From: an uncultured virus (IMG/VR IMGVR_UViG_3300017917_002187)
Lineage: Duplodnaviria > Heunggongvirae > Uroviricota > Caudoviricetes
IMG/VR virus record: IMGVR_UViG_3300017917_002187
Length of the DNA: 64,000 nt
Strand: one strand, 5' to 3'
The notes beneath the pieces are model-generated. The model saw only the letters and a program-made list of their open reading frames with translations, did no database searches and had not been told where the DNA came from. Both the position numbers and the translations under genes were made by a program. Shown here one piece after another: positions 38,391 to 48,525 of this stretch (positions are counted from its first letter, which is position 1; the number at the start of each line of letters is the position of its first letter).

Positions 38391-39938
38391 TTAGAGTTTG
38401 TTTAAACGTTCACGAATTTCAGTTAAAGTTGTTTGATTATGGAATTGTCCATTCTCATAAATCGTTTGAAGAATACCTTGTGATTCTTGTTCAGGTGTAC
38501 ATTGTGTTAACACCTCGTGGTTTTCGGTAACACAGATTAAACCCTTCAATGACTTCTTGGTACCATCATCGGTTACAGGATCTTTGTAGATGTCGTAACC
38601 TTTCTTATGTAAACCAGGTTGAATATCCTCATGATCACTAGCCGAAATATATTCTTCTACTTCAAACCAAGCACCTTTGGCTGCGAAACCTAATGTGTCA
38701 CGGGTATTCATTTGGTAAGTGAATGAACCAACACCTAATACAATATTGGTTGCTGCAAATCCTTTTGCTTCTAATCTCTCGTAGATTTCCAATTGACGTT
38801 CCAATGTAATTGAATCACCATAGATTGCTCCGATGTGTGGGTCAAGAACCTTATAACCTTGTTCATTGATTGTTCCACCAAAGATGTCCCAAAGAAGTTC
38901 GACTACACCTGAATCAGCAGGTTCCCATTTTTTATTTTCAGGATCTTCTGAAATTATTTCTAAAATTCTTTCTTTATCACAAGCACGTACTCTTCCACAG
39001 ATAATATCAACAGGGTCACCCGAGTCAGGTCTAATTACCAATTTACCATCACGAGCCATAATAGCTTCTTTGTTTGCTGGTAAGTATTCAGTAATTAATT
39101 TCCATAAATCAAATGTATCAGATACAATTGATAAGATACCTTTAGGGAAATCAACTAACCAATCAGCAATCATTTGTTGTTCACCAACAGTAAAGATTTT
39201 GGTTGTTGATACTGAGTGTTCAGATGCGTTTACAGAGTACACCGATACTTGGTCTTCAGGTTCGTTGTAGAAATAACGCGCTCCCGGAATACAAATGATT
39301 GTATCTGAACCCAAGAATGATGATGCGTGTCCAAGACCACTTGATAACATATCCCATGGACTTAATCCACGAGCAGAGAAGTCGTGACAAAGGAAAGGAA
39401 TTAACCATGCGTTAGCTGGGTCCGTTTTCATCACCCATTCAACAACATTACGTCTGTATTGTAATGCTATCGTTGCAGATGTTGATGGTTTCCATGACAA
39501 CGAACTGATAATAGTTTCCAAATACAATGTCAACCATGCAAATCCATCAACGGTGTTAATGAAAGTCATGTGAGGTATATTTGGATTTGTTTCAATACCT
39601 TCAGGTAATGATTTGACACGAATAGGTAAGTAACCTAGTTTATGTAACTCAACGAAGTGTGATGCATCATAATCCATACCAAGATACATTGACATATCTT
39701 TTCCGAATTTTTCAGCAACTTCAACTGGTTGACTGAAGAAATGCTCTTGAAACTCATCATGTAACCATTTTACAACTAGTTGTTGTCCGAATGATACAAT
39801 CTTACTAACACCCTTAGGTGCATATTTGATACTACGAGGTATCCACGTTCCATATAAACGTGTTGTACCTTTGGCTAACATTCTTTTGTGACCGATTTTG
39901 TAACCGTCTGTGTAAAAAAGTGAAATGGGTCTAAACAT
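38391..39938 (-). CDS. nicotinamide phosphoribosyltransferase-like (probable NARP1 Namat)
   Basis: TDGYK..H, HDFSARG, ASEHS, SIVSDTFD, IRPDSGDP, YGDSIT, KDP.TD.GTKKS.KG; start moved to MFRPI so it does not overlap the tRNA-like gene. Confidence 0.9.
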   Translation of the reverse strand: MFRPISLFYTDGYKIGHKRMLAKGTTRLYGTWIPRSIKYAPKGVSKIVSFGQQLVVKWLHDEFQEHFFSQPVEVAEKFGKDMSMYLGMDYDASHFVELHKLGYLPIRVKSLPEGIETNPNIPHMTFINTVDGFAWLTLYLETIISSLSWKPSTSATIALQYRRNVVEWVMKTDPANAWLIPFLCHDFSARGLSPWDMLSSGLGHASSFLGSDTIICIPGARYFYNEPEDQVSVYSVNASEHSVSTTKIFTVGEQQMIADWLVDFPKGILSIVSDTFDLWKLITEYLPANKEAIMARDGKLVIRPDSGDPVDIICGRVRACDKERILEIISEDPENKKWEPADSGVVELLWDIFGGTINEQGYKVLDPHIGAIYGDSITLERQLEIYERLEAKGFAATNIVLGVGSFTYQMNTRDTLGFAAKGAWFEVEEYISASDHEDIQPGLHKKGYDIYKDPVTDDGTKKSLKGLICVTENHEVLTQCTPEQESQGILQTIYENGQFHNQTTLTEIRERLNKL

Positions 39939-39967
39939 GATTTTATTATTTAAAGTTTTGAATTTTG

Positions 39968-40045
39968 TGGTCAGGGTAGGCATCGAACCTACATCTTCTC
40001 CACCTTTGTGAAGGGGAGACGCTTTACCCCTTAAGCTACCTGACC
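39968..40045 (-). ncRNA. tRNA-like RNA with elongated anticodon arm
   Basis: GGTCAGG/CCTGACC, GCTT..AAGC D-arm, TCTCC/GGAGA enclosing 13 nt CCTTCACAAAGGT, GTAGG-TTCGATG-CCTAC. Confidence 0.75.
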
Positions 40046-40101
40046 ATGGCGGGCTCCGATTATTTAATTAACAGAACGTTGCCCAAGTAAACTGCTGTAT
40101 T

Positions 40102-40602
40102 TTACACTAACATTAATAAGGTTCTCTCATCAAATGTGTATTTGGTATCGGTCTTAACTTTTTCACCATTGAGGTATGTTGTTTCCTCAAAAGTTGTTGG
40201 GTTATATTTAGTTGTGACCACATTACCAACCAAAGATGAAATCTCGTTGGTTGTGCCAGGAATACCTTCGATATCATTACCATTTGTTTTTGCTGAATAG
40301 ATTGCGAACTCACCGCTCTTAGTTATGTACCCAACAAAGATTTTCTTACCAGTACCATATGCCACACCCAACTCTCTTTTCAGACCAATTGGTAGTTCAT
40401 GATAACTCGCTTTGAACTTGTTGTAAGGTAAGATGAAAAGATACGCATCAGATGTATCAAACATTCTTTGGTCATATCTTGTTCCACGTTCCCAATGATA
40501 CGAAGTTAGACCATCTATACTGTCCACCAACTCGGCGAACTCGTCCAACACTTCTTCGTCAACAGCAATTGGACAACTTATGTATATCCGTTTATTCGCC
40601 AT
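40102..40602 (-). CDS. NDT/TIR-like fold protein
   Basis: IYISCP, SDAYLF, G.KREL..AY..GKKIF. Confidence 0.5.
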   Translation of the reverse strand: MANKRIYISCPIAVDEEVLDEFAELVDSIDGLTSYHWERGTRYDQRMFDTSDAYLFILPYNKFKASYHELPIGLKRELGVAYGTGKKIFVGYITKSGEFAIYSAKTNGNDIEGIPGTTNEISSLVGNVVTTKYNPTTFEETTYLNGEKVKTDTKYTFDERTLLMLV

Positions 40603-40942
40603 CTCCGAAGTATTTGTTGAATGATTCTTGTTTTGCCGTCAACTCAAGAGTAATCAATTTCAACTTGTACTCAAGGTCGATGATTTTCTTGAAACGAGCC
40701 TCAACAGAGTCTTTGGTCATTGCTTGATAACCTTTGTTCACATCGGTCTCAAGGTTGAAGTTTGTCAATTCAAACAACTCATCTTCGATAGCCTCTTTTT
40801 TGGCGGTTAGGGTGTCGATAACATCACGTTGAATGTTACGCTTCACTGCGGTTGCGTAATTCTCAGCACGTTCTGCCACTGTCTTGTTGGATTTCAAAAG
40901 CTCTAATGCTTTCATTTCTTTGTTACTGTTCTTGTTTGCCAT
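40592..40942 (-). CDS. helical coiled-coil hypothetical protein
   Basis: 116-aa ORF. Confidence 0.75.
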   Translation of the reverse strand: MANKNSNKEMKALELLKSNKTVAERAENYATAVKRNIQRDVIDTLTAKKEAIEDELFELTNFNLETDVNKGYQAMTKDSVEARFKKIIDLEYKLKLITLELTAKQESFNKYFGDGE

Positions 40943-41016
40943 GATATTTTGTTATTAAAAATGTGGTACAATATTAATGGATGTTTTTCAATCCGCCAAA
41001 TTTATTTTTTTTTTTG

Positions 41017-41099
41017 AAGTCAGGATAGGATTCGAACCTATATGAGGGCTTACAACCTCGGATATTCTATTTACGACAACACCATGTCGCCACCTGACC
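41017..41099 (-). ncRNA. tRNA-like RNA with rearranged D/anticodon region
   Basis: GGTCAGG/CCTGACT, GCGACA/TGTCGT hairpin, GAGG/CCTC hairpin, ATAGG-TTCGAAT-CCTAT. Confidence 0.65.
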
Positions 41100-41157
41100 A
41101 ACGAAAGTTATTAAGTTTTTTGAATAGGACTTTACTCTCAAATATACCTACGAGTTC

Positions 41158-42381
41158 TTACTTATTTTTTAATTCCAACGATAGATCTTTAGCTGCTTTG
41201 GCTCCCATCAACTCCATGAAGTTAATCCCACCATTACCACCGTTACTTCCACCTGATTGGTAGTATGGAACCATGTTACCTTGGTATCTTGCGAATGCCT
41301 CTGACCAATATTTTTGAACATTTTGGTATGCTGCTAATTTCTTATCTAACGCACCATCTGCTTGCATCACTCTTTGTTTAGCATATGCCTCAGCATCTGC
41401 CAATGTTTTAATTTTACGAGCTTCTAAATCAGCCGCTTGTGCTTGAATACGTTGTTGTTCCATATCTTGTTTAGCCACCTCTACCTTAGTTTGTGCAGCA
41501 ACAACTTGTTTGGTTTGTTCTTGTTTTTGTTGATATTCAATCTCAACCAACTTTTGTTCACCTTTAGCTTTAGCGGTTAATTGTTGTTGTTGTGCGGTTA
41601 ATAACTCTTGTTTAGCAACTGATGCTTTAGTTGAAGCGTCAATTTTCTTAGCTAACATATTATCAACACGTTCTTCATAATCAACGTCTGTGATTGCGGC
41701 ATCTGCAACAGTTACACCATATTCTTTAATAGATGACACTTTACGTTTAGGATTACCATTCTTATCAGTTAATGGATTAGTTTCATATACACGTTTGTTT
41801 TCTTTCTCAAGTGAATCATATACCACTTTATCAACTGTTTTTAAGATGAATACACCATTCTTTAATTGATCTTGGAAGTCTTGAGCCATTTGTGCTCTAC
41901 CACCACTATAGTGTGCTTCACTTGACATTAATTGAGCTGATGATTGTAAACACTCTTTAGTGTAAGGTGCTAAACGTTTTTGTACTAACGATTGTGGTGT
42001 ACGATGTGCGTTATGCATCTCAATCATTTCTTTTTCATCCATAGGTAAAATATACTGAACAATACCACTTATATTTGCCGATGTCGCATCTCCACCAAAA
42101 CGAATTGTTTGTTTACCAATTTCAATTGTTCCGTCTTTTAATTCCATGTCCGCAGCGTCAGCTTGGTATGATACTGAAATCTGATTTGGCCAAGGTCTTT
42201 CTTTAGCGAAGAAACCTGCATAATAAACTCCGGGTGCGTACTGAACGAATTGTTTTCCGTCAAATTGTTCTACAACTGTTCTTTCACCAGCATCATTGTA
42301 AGATAATGGGTTGAAGAATAATAATGCGATAAAGGTTACGATACCAAGTACCACCTTAATAATTAAGTTTTTGTTTTCCAT
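41158..42381 (-). CDS. SPFH/Band-7 domain membrane protein
   Basis: N-terminal TM, ITDVDY, AEA-type coiled coil. Confidence 0.8.
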   Translation of the reverse strand: MENKNLIIKVVLGIVTFIALLFFNPLSYNDAGERTVVEQFDGKQFVQYAPGVYYAGFFAKERPWPNQISVSYQADAADMELKDGTIEIGKQTIRFGGDATSANISGIVQYILPMDEKEMIEMHNAHRTPQSLVQKRLAPYTKECLQSSAQLMSSEAHYSGGRAQMAQDFQDQLKNGVFILKTVDKVVYDSLEKENKRVYETNPLTDKNGNPKRKVSSIKEYGVTVADAAITDVDYEERVDNMLAKKIDASTKASVAKQELLTAQQQQLTAKAKGEQKLVEIEYQQKQEQTKQVVAAQTKVEVAKQDMEQQRIQAQAADLEARKIKTLADAEAYAKQRVMQADGALDKKLAAYQNVQKYWSEAFARYQGNMVPYYQSGGSNGGNGGINFMELMGAKAAKDLSLELKNK

Positions 42382-42389
42382 GATAATTT

Positions 42390-44702
42390 TTAATTTAAGT
42401 TATTGATTTTTTCTTTGATTTCTTTAGTTTTCTCAGATGAATTTTTCAAGTCTTCGATTTCTTTATCGACAGCCCCTTTGTGTTTTTTGTTTGCGAGTTT
42501 GTTTAGGTACTCATAACCTATAACAACCACAATTACTGTTGTGAGTGCTATTAAAAGTGCTATTAGTTTCATGTTATTTTATTAAATTTTTTATAAGTCC
42601 AAATATAAACACCATTAAAGCAATACTTGCAATTATAATGTTAGTGAGTCTACGTTTTTTTTCATCTTTGATGAATGGTTTAGGAATCCAAGAAGTTAAC
42701 AAGAATATCCAACCTGTAATTAATAATGGGTCCATATTATTTGTTTAAAATTATGTTTGCGAAATTAGTATCTACTTTCATCTTTTCCAAGAGTTGTTGT
42801 GAAGTCATGTTTTTTGCTTCATCAAGTATTCTATCTTTTTGTGATTGAATGCCCAATTCAACTTGAGCTTCCTTACCCATGTTTTTTAATTCGGTAACAA
42901 CGAATGTACTTAATTCATGTGGGATTTGTTTTGCTGTTGAATCTGTTGTTAGAAACTCCATGGTACCACCACCAGCAACAATCAATAAAGCATCCTTTCT
43001 GTCTGGTGTAAAAACATATAATGACCAAAATAGAATCATGAATGGATAACTCCACCACATCCATTTCCGGGACATCATTTGATTTTCTTTCTCACTATTG
43101 GTTTGTGGGTTGTATGATGATCCTGTGTTAGAAAAATAAGCGATTGTTGCGATTAAAGAGATAATCGTAAAGATGATGATGAACGCAATAAACATTGTCT
43201 TTGCGTTGTCGGCTACTGTGAGCCAATAAAATAGTTTGTACCAGTTCATATATTATTTGTTTAAAGATGTTAATTTAAGTCCAGGTGTTGATAACCACTT
43301 TATGATTTGTTCTGCTGTGTACCAACCACAATTATCGTCATCGTCTGAATAGTTTATCCAAAAAGTTATATCGTACTTGGTACCCAATTCTTTTTTTCTT
43401 TCCTCACGTCTTTCAGAATTTTTATAATCAATCCAACTTGGTGAACACGCCATGAAATATTTCTCTCCTTTGTATCCAGATTTTTTGGCATCTTCTTTTA
43501 ATTTCGTAACACCAATCTTCTTCTCATACTCAATAAGGTCCAAAGATTCTTTATCAACCAAATACATTTCATTAATAACCTCCTTTGGAAGTTTATCTTT
43601 GATAAGAATAGATAATGATGAATTCGAGAATGGATTTACTTCAGACTTTAAAAAAGTGATAACGATATTTGTGTTTTTAAACGCTTCGTATAGTTCACGA
43701 AGTTTAGGGAAGTCATCTTTGTTTTTTGTGGCGATACAGAAATTGCTTTCATCCCAAGCGCATTCTAAATCATTTAAAATGTAATTGATGTCATGAGCCA
43801 ATATATCTTTGGGTGTGAATTCATCTGGTGTTGAGTAACCCTTACTTGATGTCAACACACATAACTCATCGTTTTCCGCGAAGAAAACCTCACCACGAGT
43901 TATTTGTCGAGCTTCGATACCTAACAAATCTTTTTCAATACCAAAAAAGTTTGTTTTTTTGTTTGTGATTCCGAATTTGGATTTCATTCGTTTAATTCCC
44001 CATTCGTGTTCGGAGGTGAAATCCCAACCAAGAGAAACTCCGTAAAATACATTGTTTTCTTCGATGAATGACTTTTGAAAATGTGATCTTCTCATGTTGT
44101 TGTTAATGTTAATGTCGATACAAATATATAACTTTTTTCACAAAAACAAAAAATTATGTGTGAATTTTTTTTCCAACCAATCCACAAAGGAATTCAGATA
44201 TTAAATCCATCTCGGGGTTTCTCCACGCATGGTTCAGATAATCAACGGGTTCGTTGTAATGGTAATGGTTTCTTTGGATGTGTTCTTTACAACCCTTTTC
44301 GGTTAAAAAATGGTTGTGGTATACATATTCCCAAGAGTATGAACACTCTTTTAGTTCAGGACAATTTTCTTCTATAAACAAATCTAAATCAGATTCGTAC
44401 ATATATTTATCTTTCTCTTCCCATTCGGTAGTTAATTTTTCTTCATCATATTCAATCCCATTATTTTCCAAATATTCTTTTAACTCACCAATTGTTTCAA
44501 TTTCAACTTGGTCACCCATATCAACCCAAATTTTAAACTCACCATTTAAACTCCAGTCGTAAGCTTTTTTCTTTTCACGAATTTGAAACATGTGTGGCAT
44601 ACGGGTACCCCTTGGATCCTGTGTTGTCATTTCTGTTGCCAAGTCAATTAATTTAGCATACATTTCATCTGAGACTTCGATTGTTTTCATATTATTTTTC
44701 AT
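42390..44702 (-). other. hypothetical CDSs (42390-42572, membrane 42737-43249, 43253-44095, 44154-44702)
   Basis: Minus-strand ORFs, two with TM segments; promoter box 44121-44128. Confidence 0.7.
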
Positions 44703-45297
44703 CTAATGAGTTTGGTAAATATAAAAGTGTTGGGTTTTTCTTTTGGATATCCACGTCAGGATACACATTCTTGAATTGCATCACATCAAATCTTTTGGTT
44801 ATAAAGTGATAACCATTTTTTGTTGGTATGATACATTCAATCTTATCACCTTCAGGACGAGTTGCATTGATTACAATTCTCATTCTCTCAACCTCACTCT
44901 CATCTTTAATATCCAAATCAACAATCCACCTTTTTTCGTGGGTTTTCATTTCACCAACAACCGAATCAAATAGATTTGTTTGGGTGTGTTGACCATTCCT
45001 TATTTTCTCAGCAAGGGCAACCATCATGTTTAATGAAACGTCTTTGTGGTTTTGTTTCTGAACATGAATGTATGCTCGGGCTTTAAACATCTCACATAGT
45101 TGTTTAATCTCTTCGTATCTCTTTTCTAGATACTCAACACTACTTACACAATATGTTTTGATTGTCCTAACCGATTGGTGATTATCTTTTTCACCCTCAG
45201 GTTGATCCTTTTTACGTTTAAACACATAAAGCATATAGAAGTCACCTTCGTTTTCGAAGTTGAGTAATCCTTTCACTATGTCGATGTTATCAATCAT
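44692..45297 (-). CDS. conserved phage protein, possible AEP/prim-pol-like fold
   Basis: WIVDLD and PTKNGYH; probable start MIDNID. Confidence 0.5.
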   Translation of the reverse strand: MIDNIDIVKGLLNFENEGDFYMLYVFKRKKDQPEGEKDNHQSVRTIKTYCVSSVEYLEKRYEEIKQLCEMFKARAYIHVQKQNHKDVSLNMMVALAEKIRNGQHTQTNLFDSVVGEMKTHEKRWIVDLDIKDESEVERMRIVINATRPEGDKIECIIPTKNGYHFITKRFDVMQFKNVYPDVDIQKKNPTLLYLPNSLDEK

Positions 45298-45370
45298 TTT
45301 ACGTTCTTTAGAACACAAAAATAGAATTTAATTTTGAATATCCAAAAAAATTTTATTTTTTTCTATTGTT

Positions 45371-47278
45371 TTAATACTGACTGATTTTACCCAATTGGGT
45401 AGTTTTGTTTCCCCTAAATTCTGAGTGTGATTTGATTACTCCATAGAAGGAAACCCTTGAATCTACCACAACCTCATCTCCACGACCTATTAAATAATCT
45501 TCACTGATTTCACCAAACTTGGAAAGTATATTACCTTCTTTGTCCATCATTTCGTAAACCAATGTTTTACCAAACTTACCATCAATTTCTTTGACATCAA
45601 GAACTTTTAAATCACTAAAGAACATTTTCATTCCTGGTTCACCAATGTGTTTACTTACATTTACTTTTTGTAAGTTATCACTTTGAGATTTGTGACTTTT
45701 GAATGCATCGTAATCATCAATAAAACCTAAAGTTGTTTTTGCTCTTGTGTATGCAACATACTCTAAGTTTCTTTCTTGCACCATTTCCCATGGTAACCTA
45801 GCAAACTTAGACGGCATTAATTCCGAATGTAAAATGAAAACTCTATCCGCCTCTAATCCTTTTGATTTGTGAATATTACTCAAACAAATTCCCGATTTTT
45901 TATCATCGGAAAACAAATCATCAATTTTTTTAACCACTTCATTTGGGTCGGTGATTCCATTTGATAATGCTTCAATAACTTGAATCTTCTCAGTAAAAGT
46001 TATGACTTGGTTATCATCCGAGGCTTCACTCTTTGATAGTTTATGGTTAGTCATAACTTTTTCGATTAACTTATCTTTCTCATGATACAATCTTGAGAAT
46101 ACATTAATCATATTAAACTCTTCGGTTTTTCTTTGACAACCTAAAATCATACTCTTCAATGATAACCCAATGTCAGAACCGATAATAAATGCTTTTTTAC
46201 CTTCACTTAGATATTTGATACATAACGACACTACGGGAAAAGTATTTCTACATAAAACCATGTCACCATCTTGCACGTTCTTGTAAGAATATGAATCGTG
46301 AACCTGACCTACTTTATTCTTTGGGTGGGGTTTGATTATTGGATTAATGTGTTTAACCAAATTAACAATAACGGACGCACTTCTATATGTGAAAGATAAA
46401 GGTAACTCAATAGTATTTGGGATACTCTTTAATTTCTGATATGATTCATAGTCGGCACCAGCAAATGCATAGATTGCCTGTTTAGGGTCACCCACCGCAA
46501 TGAACCTACCGGTTTCGGGTTTAATTGCCCTTTCCATCAATAACCTTTGACAGGTATTTAAATCCTGACACTCATCAATAAAGACAAAATCATATGTTTC
46601 CGTCTGTAAATTCATTACGTTTGGAAGTACAATCATGTCGGTATAATCAATCGACTTAGTGTAGAATAAACCTAACTTAGCAAGATACCATGCCACAGTT
46701 GATTCATTGTCTTCATTTGATATTGAATGGATATCAGCAAGTTTGTTTAAATCACTAACACCGATTGGTTTGATTTCAAAGTTAATCAAATGGAGTCTTG
46801 CCAAATTACATAAATTAACAACATCGGTAATGAATTTATAAATGTCAACACTTTCAGATTTAACTGATGAAACCATCAACTCAATATACCTTTGATGTTC
46901 TTTATCAAATTCATATTCATCTAAAGATGTTTCGTCTTTACCTGAATGAAAGTTAATGGTGTCCCATAAAAGTTTACGATACTTACCATTATCAATCTTT
47001 GGGTTGTTTAAACGAGACAATGTTAAATAACCAAAACCATGTACGGTTTTAACATCAATGTTTCTTCCTTCAGGAACCCTTTCTTTTAATTCTTTGGCAA
47101 TACTTTTATTAAACGCAAGAAACAACACCGACTTATCTGTCGGTATTATCTCAAGCGCTTTGAGTAAGGTTGTCGTTTTTCCACTACCAGCAACCGCAGA
47201 AATAACTGCGTTCCGTGTATCTTTCAATATGAAATTAAAAATGTCTTTCTGATATTTGCTCGGTACAAACTTACCCAT
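45371..47278 (-). CDS. UvrD/Rep-like superfamily 1 helicase with C-terminal OB-like extension
   Basis: AVAGSGKTT, IDECQD, VGDPKQAIY.F.GA, HKSKGLE, YVAYTRA. Confidence 0.92.
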   Translation of the reverse strand: MGKFVPSKYQKDIFNFILKDTRNAVISAVAGSGKTTTLLKALEIIPTDKSVLFLAFNKSIAKELKERVPEGRNIDVKTVHGFGYLTLSRLNNPKIDNGKYRKLLWDTINFHSGKDETSLDEYEFDKEHQRYIELMVSSVKSESVDIYKFITDVVNLCNLARLHLINFEIKPIGVSDLNKLADIHSISNEDNESTVAWYLAKLGLFYTKSIDYTDMIVLPNVMNLQTETYDFVFIDECQDLNTCQRLLMERAIKPETGRFIAVGDPKQAIYAFAGADYESYQKLKSIPNTIELPLSFTYRSASVIVNLVKHINPIIKPHPKNKVGQVHDSYSYKNVQDGDMVLCRNTFPVVSLCIKYLSEGKKAFIIGSDIGLSLKSMILGCQRKTEEFNMINVFSRLYHEKDKLIEKVMTNHKLSKSEASDDNQVITFTEKIQVIEALSNGITDPNEVVKKIDDLFSDDKKSGICLSNIHKSKGLEADRVFILHSELMPSKFARLPWEMVQERNLEYVAYTRAKTTLGFIDDYDAFKSHKSQSDNLQKVNVSKHIGEPGMKMFFSDLKVLDVKEIDGKFGKTLVYEMMDKEGNILSKFGEISEDYLIGRGDEVVVDSRVSFYGVIKSHSEFRGNKTTQLGKISQY

Positions 47279-47281
47279 GTC

Positions 47282-48313
47282 TTATTCGTTATCTAATAAA
47301 AATTTGTTACTAATTGCTTTGAACGAAATGGTACAATCAATTGACCTAATGACAACACCCTCTCTTTCGGTATCTGGATTTAAAACAGATTTGGCTTCAG
47401 CATGTTTTAACATGTCGTCTATTGTTTCAGGTAATATGAATCTATCAGTCAATATTGGTACTGATTGTAAATCCATACTACTAATCAATGAAATAAATTC
47501 AGGTAATGAAAGTCTTTGAAACTTGTCAATATCAAACCCGGTATAAAATTTAATGGTTTGTCCTTTTATTTTATATGGGTTACCTTGAATACCTTCACCA
47601 ATTAACTCACCTTGGATTGCAACATTTTTACCCAAAGATTTCATTTTGTTTTCCAAGTCAAGTTCACGACCAACTTTCCAAAAAGTATTTCCCTCAGTCT
47701 CCAATAATTCTAAATTACGAGAACAAACTCCGAATTCACCATTGTTGATATAAAACGTTGAAGATGTTCCATCCAATTTTTCTGTCTCATAGAATTGATG
47801 TTTGGATTGTAATTTCCAACCATCATATTCATTTGTAAAATTTTGAATCCTTTCCTCATCTGTTTTCGGAATAAATGATGGAAATAAACCTTTAACCTTA
47901 CCAACAAGATCTGCTGGAATCGGTGGTTCGTATTTTACGATACCCAACATCTCTGTTACATCCAAACCTTCAAATGGTTCAACGTATATGTTTGTGTCTG
48001 GTGGATTCAGTATACTGATTGGCATAATCAAACCTTGTGAAATTTGTCCACGAAGTTTAATTGTTTTCAATCTGAATCCTTCGGTCCCATCAGACATTTT
48101 TTTATACGAACTCTTACGTAAGAATTCAAACTCTTCTTTGATTGGAAGAAACGAATCAATCTCACAATAGATAATGTGGTCACCAACTTTGTGACCAACA
48201 TCTTTAGCAACAACAACTTTCCACCCGTCAACTGTTGCTAGTTCGATTTTATCTGCACCTTCAATTGGTGATAGGTTTGAAATTTTTCTTATACTAGCTA
48301 ACTTTCTTTCCAT
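47282..48313 (-). CDS. ATP-dependent RNA ligase, DRB0094 family
   Basis: RKLASI..I..IEGADKIE, EKLDGTS, QGELIG, REGVV, FKAISNKFL. Confidence 0.9.
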   Translation of the reverse strand: MERKLASIRKISNLSPIEGADKIELATVDGWKVVVAKDVGHKVGDHIIYCEIDSFLPIKEEFEFLRKSSYKKMSDGTEGFRLKTIKLRGQISQGLIMPISILNPPDTNIYVEPFEGLDVTEMLGIVKYEPPIPADLVGKVKGLFPSFIPKTDEERIQNFTNEYDGWKLQSKHQFYETEKLDGTSSTFYINNGEFGVCSRNLELLETEGNTFWKVGRELDLENKMKSLGKNVAIQGELIGEGIQGNPYKIKGQTIKFYTGFDIDKFQRLSLPEFISLISSMDLQSVPILTDRFILPETIDDMLKHAEAKSVLNPDTEREGVVIRSIDCTISFKAISNKFLLDNE

Positions 48314-48314
48314 G

Positions 48315-48524
48315 TTACTTCTCAATTATCATGTTTGTTGCTGAGATTGGAACTCTCAATACTGGCATTGTGGTGCCATCGTTTATTTGGTAAACCTCGT
48401 AGGCATTGTTTGCTGGCTTAACAGTTGTTACGTTAGTGTATGAAAAAATCACATCACTATAATCATTGTGGTCTTTGTAGACCTTAACAGTTTTTTCTGT
48501 TGTGTTAAAAATTAATGTTTGCAT
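48315..48524 (-). CDS. hypothetical protein
   Basis: 69-aa ORF in operon. Confidence 0.65.
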   Translation of the reverse strand: MQTLIFNTTEKTVKVYKDHNDYSDVIFSYTNVTTVKPANNAYEVYQINDGTTMPVLRVPISATNMIIEK

Positions 48525-48525
48525 G

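Noticed and set aside
39939..39983. N-terminal extension of the Nampt-like ORF given in the track
   Set aside because: Overlaps the tRNA-like gene; MFRPI at 39938 is the more plausible start
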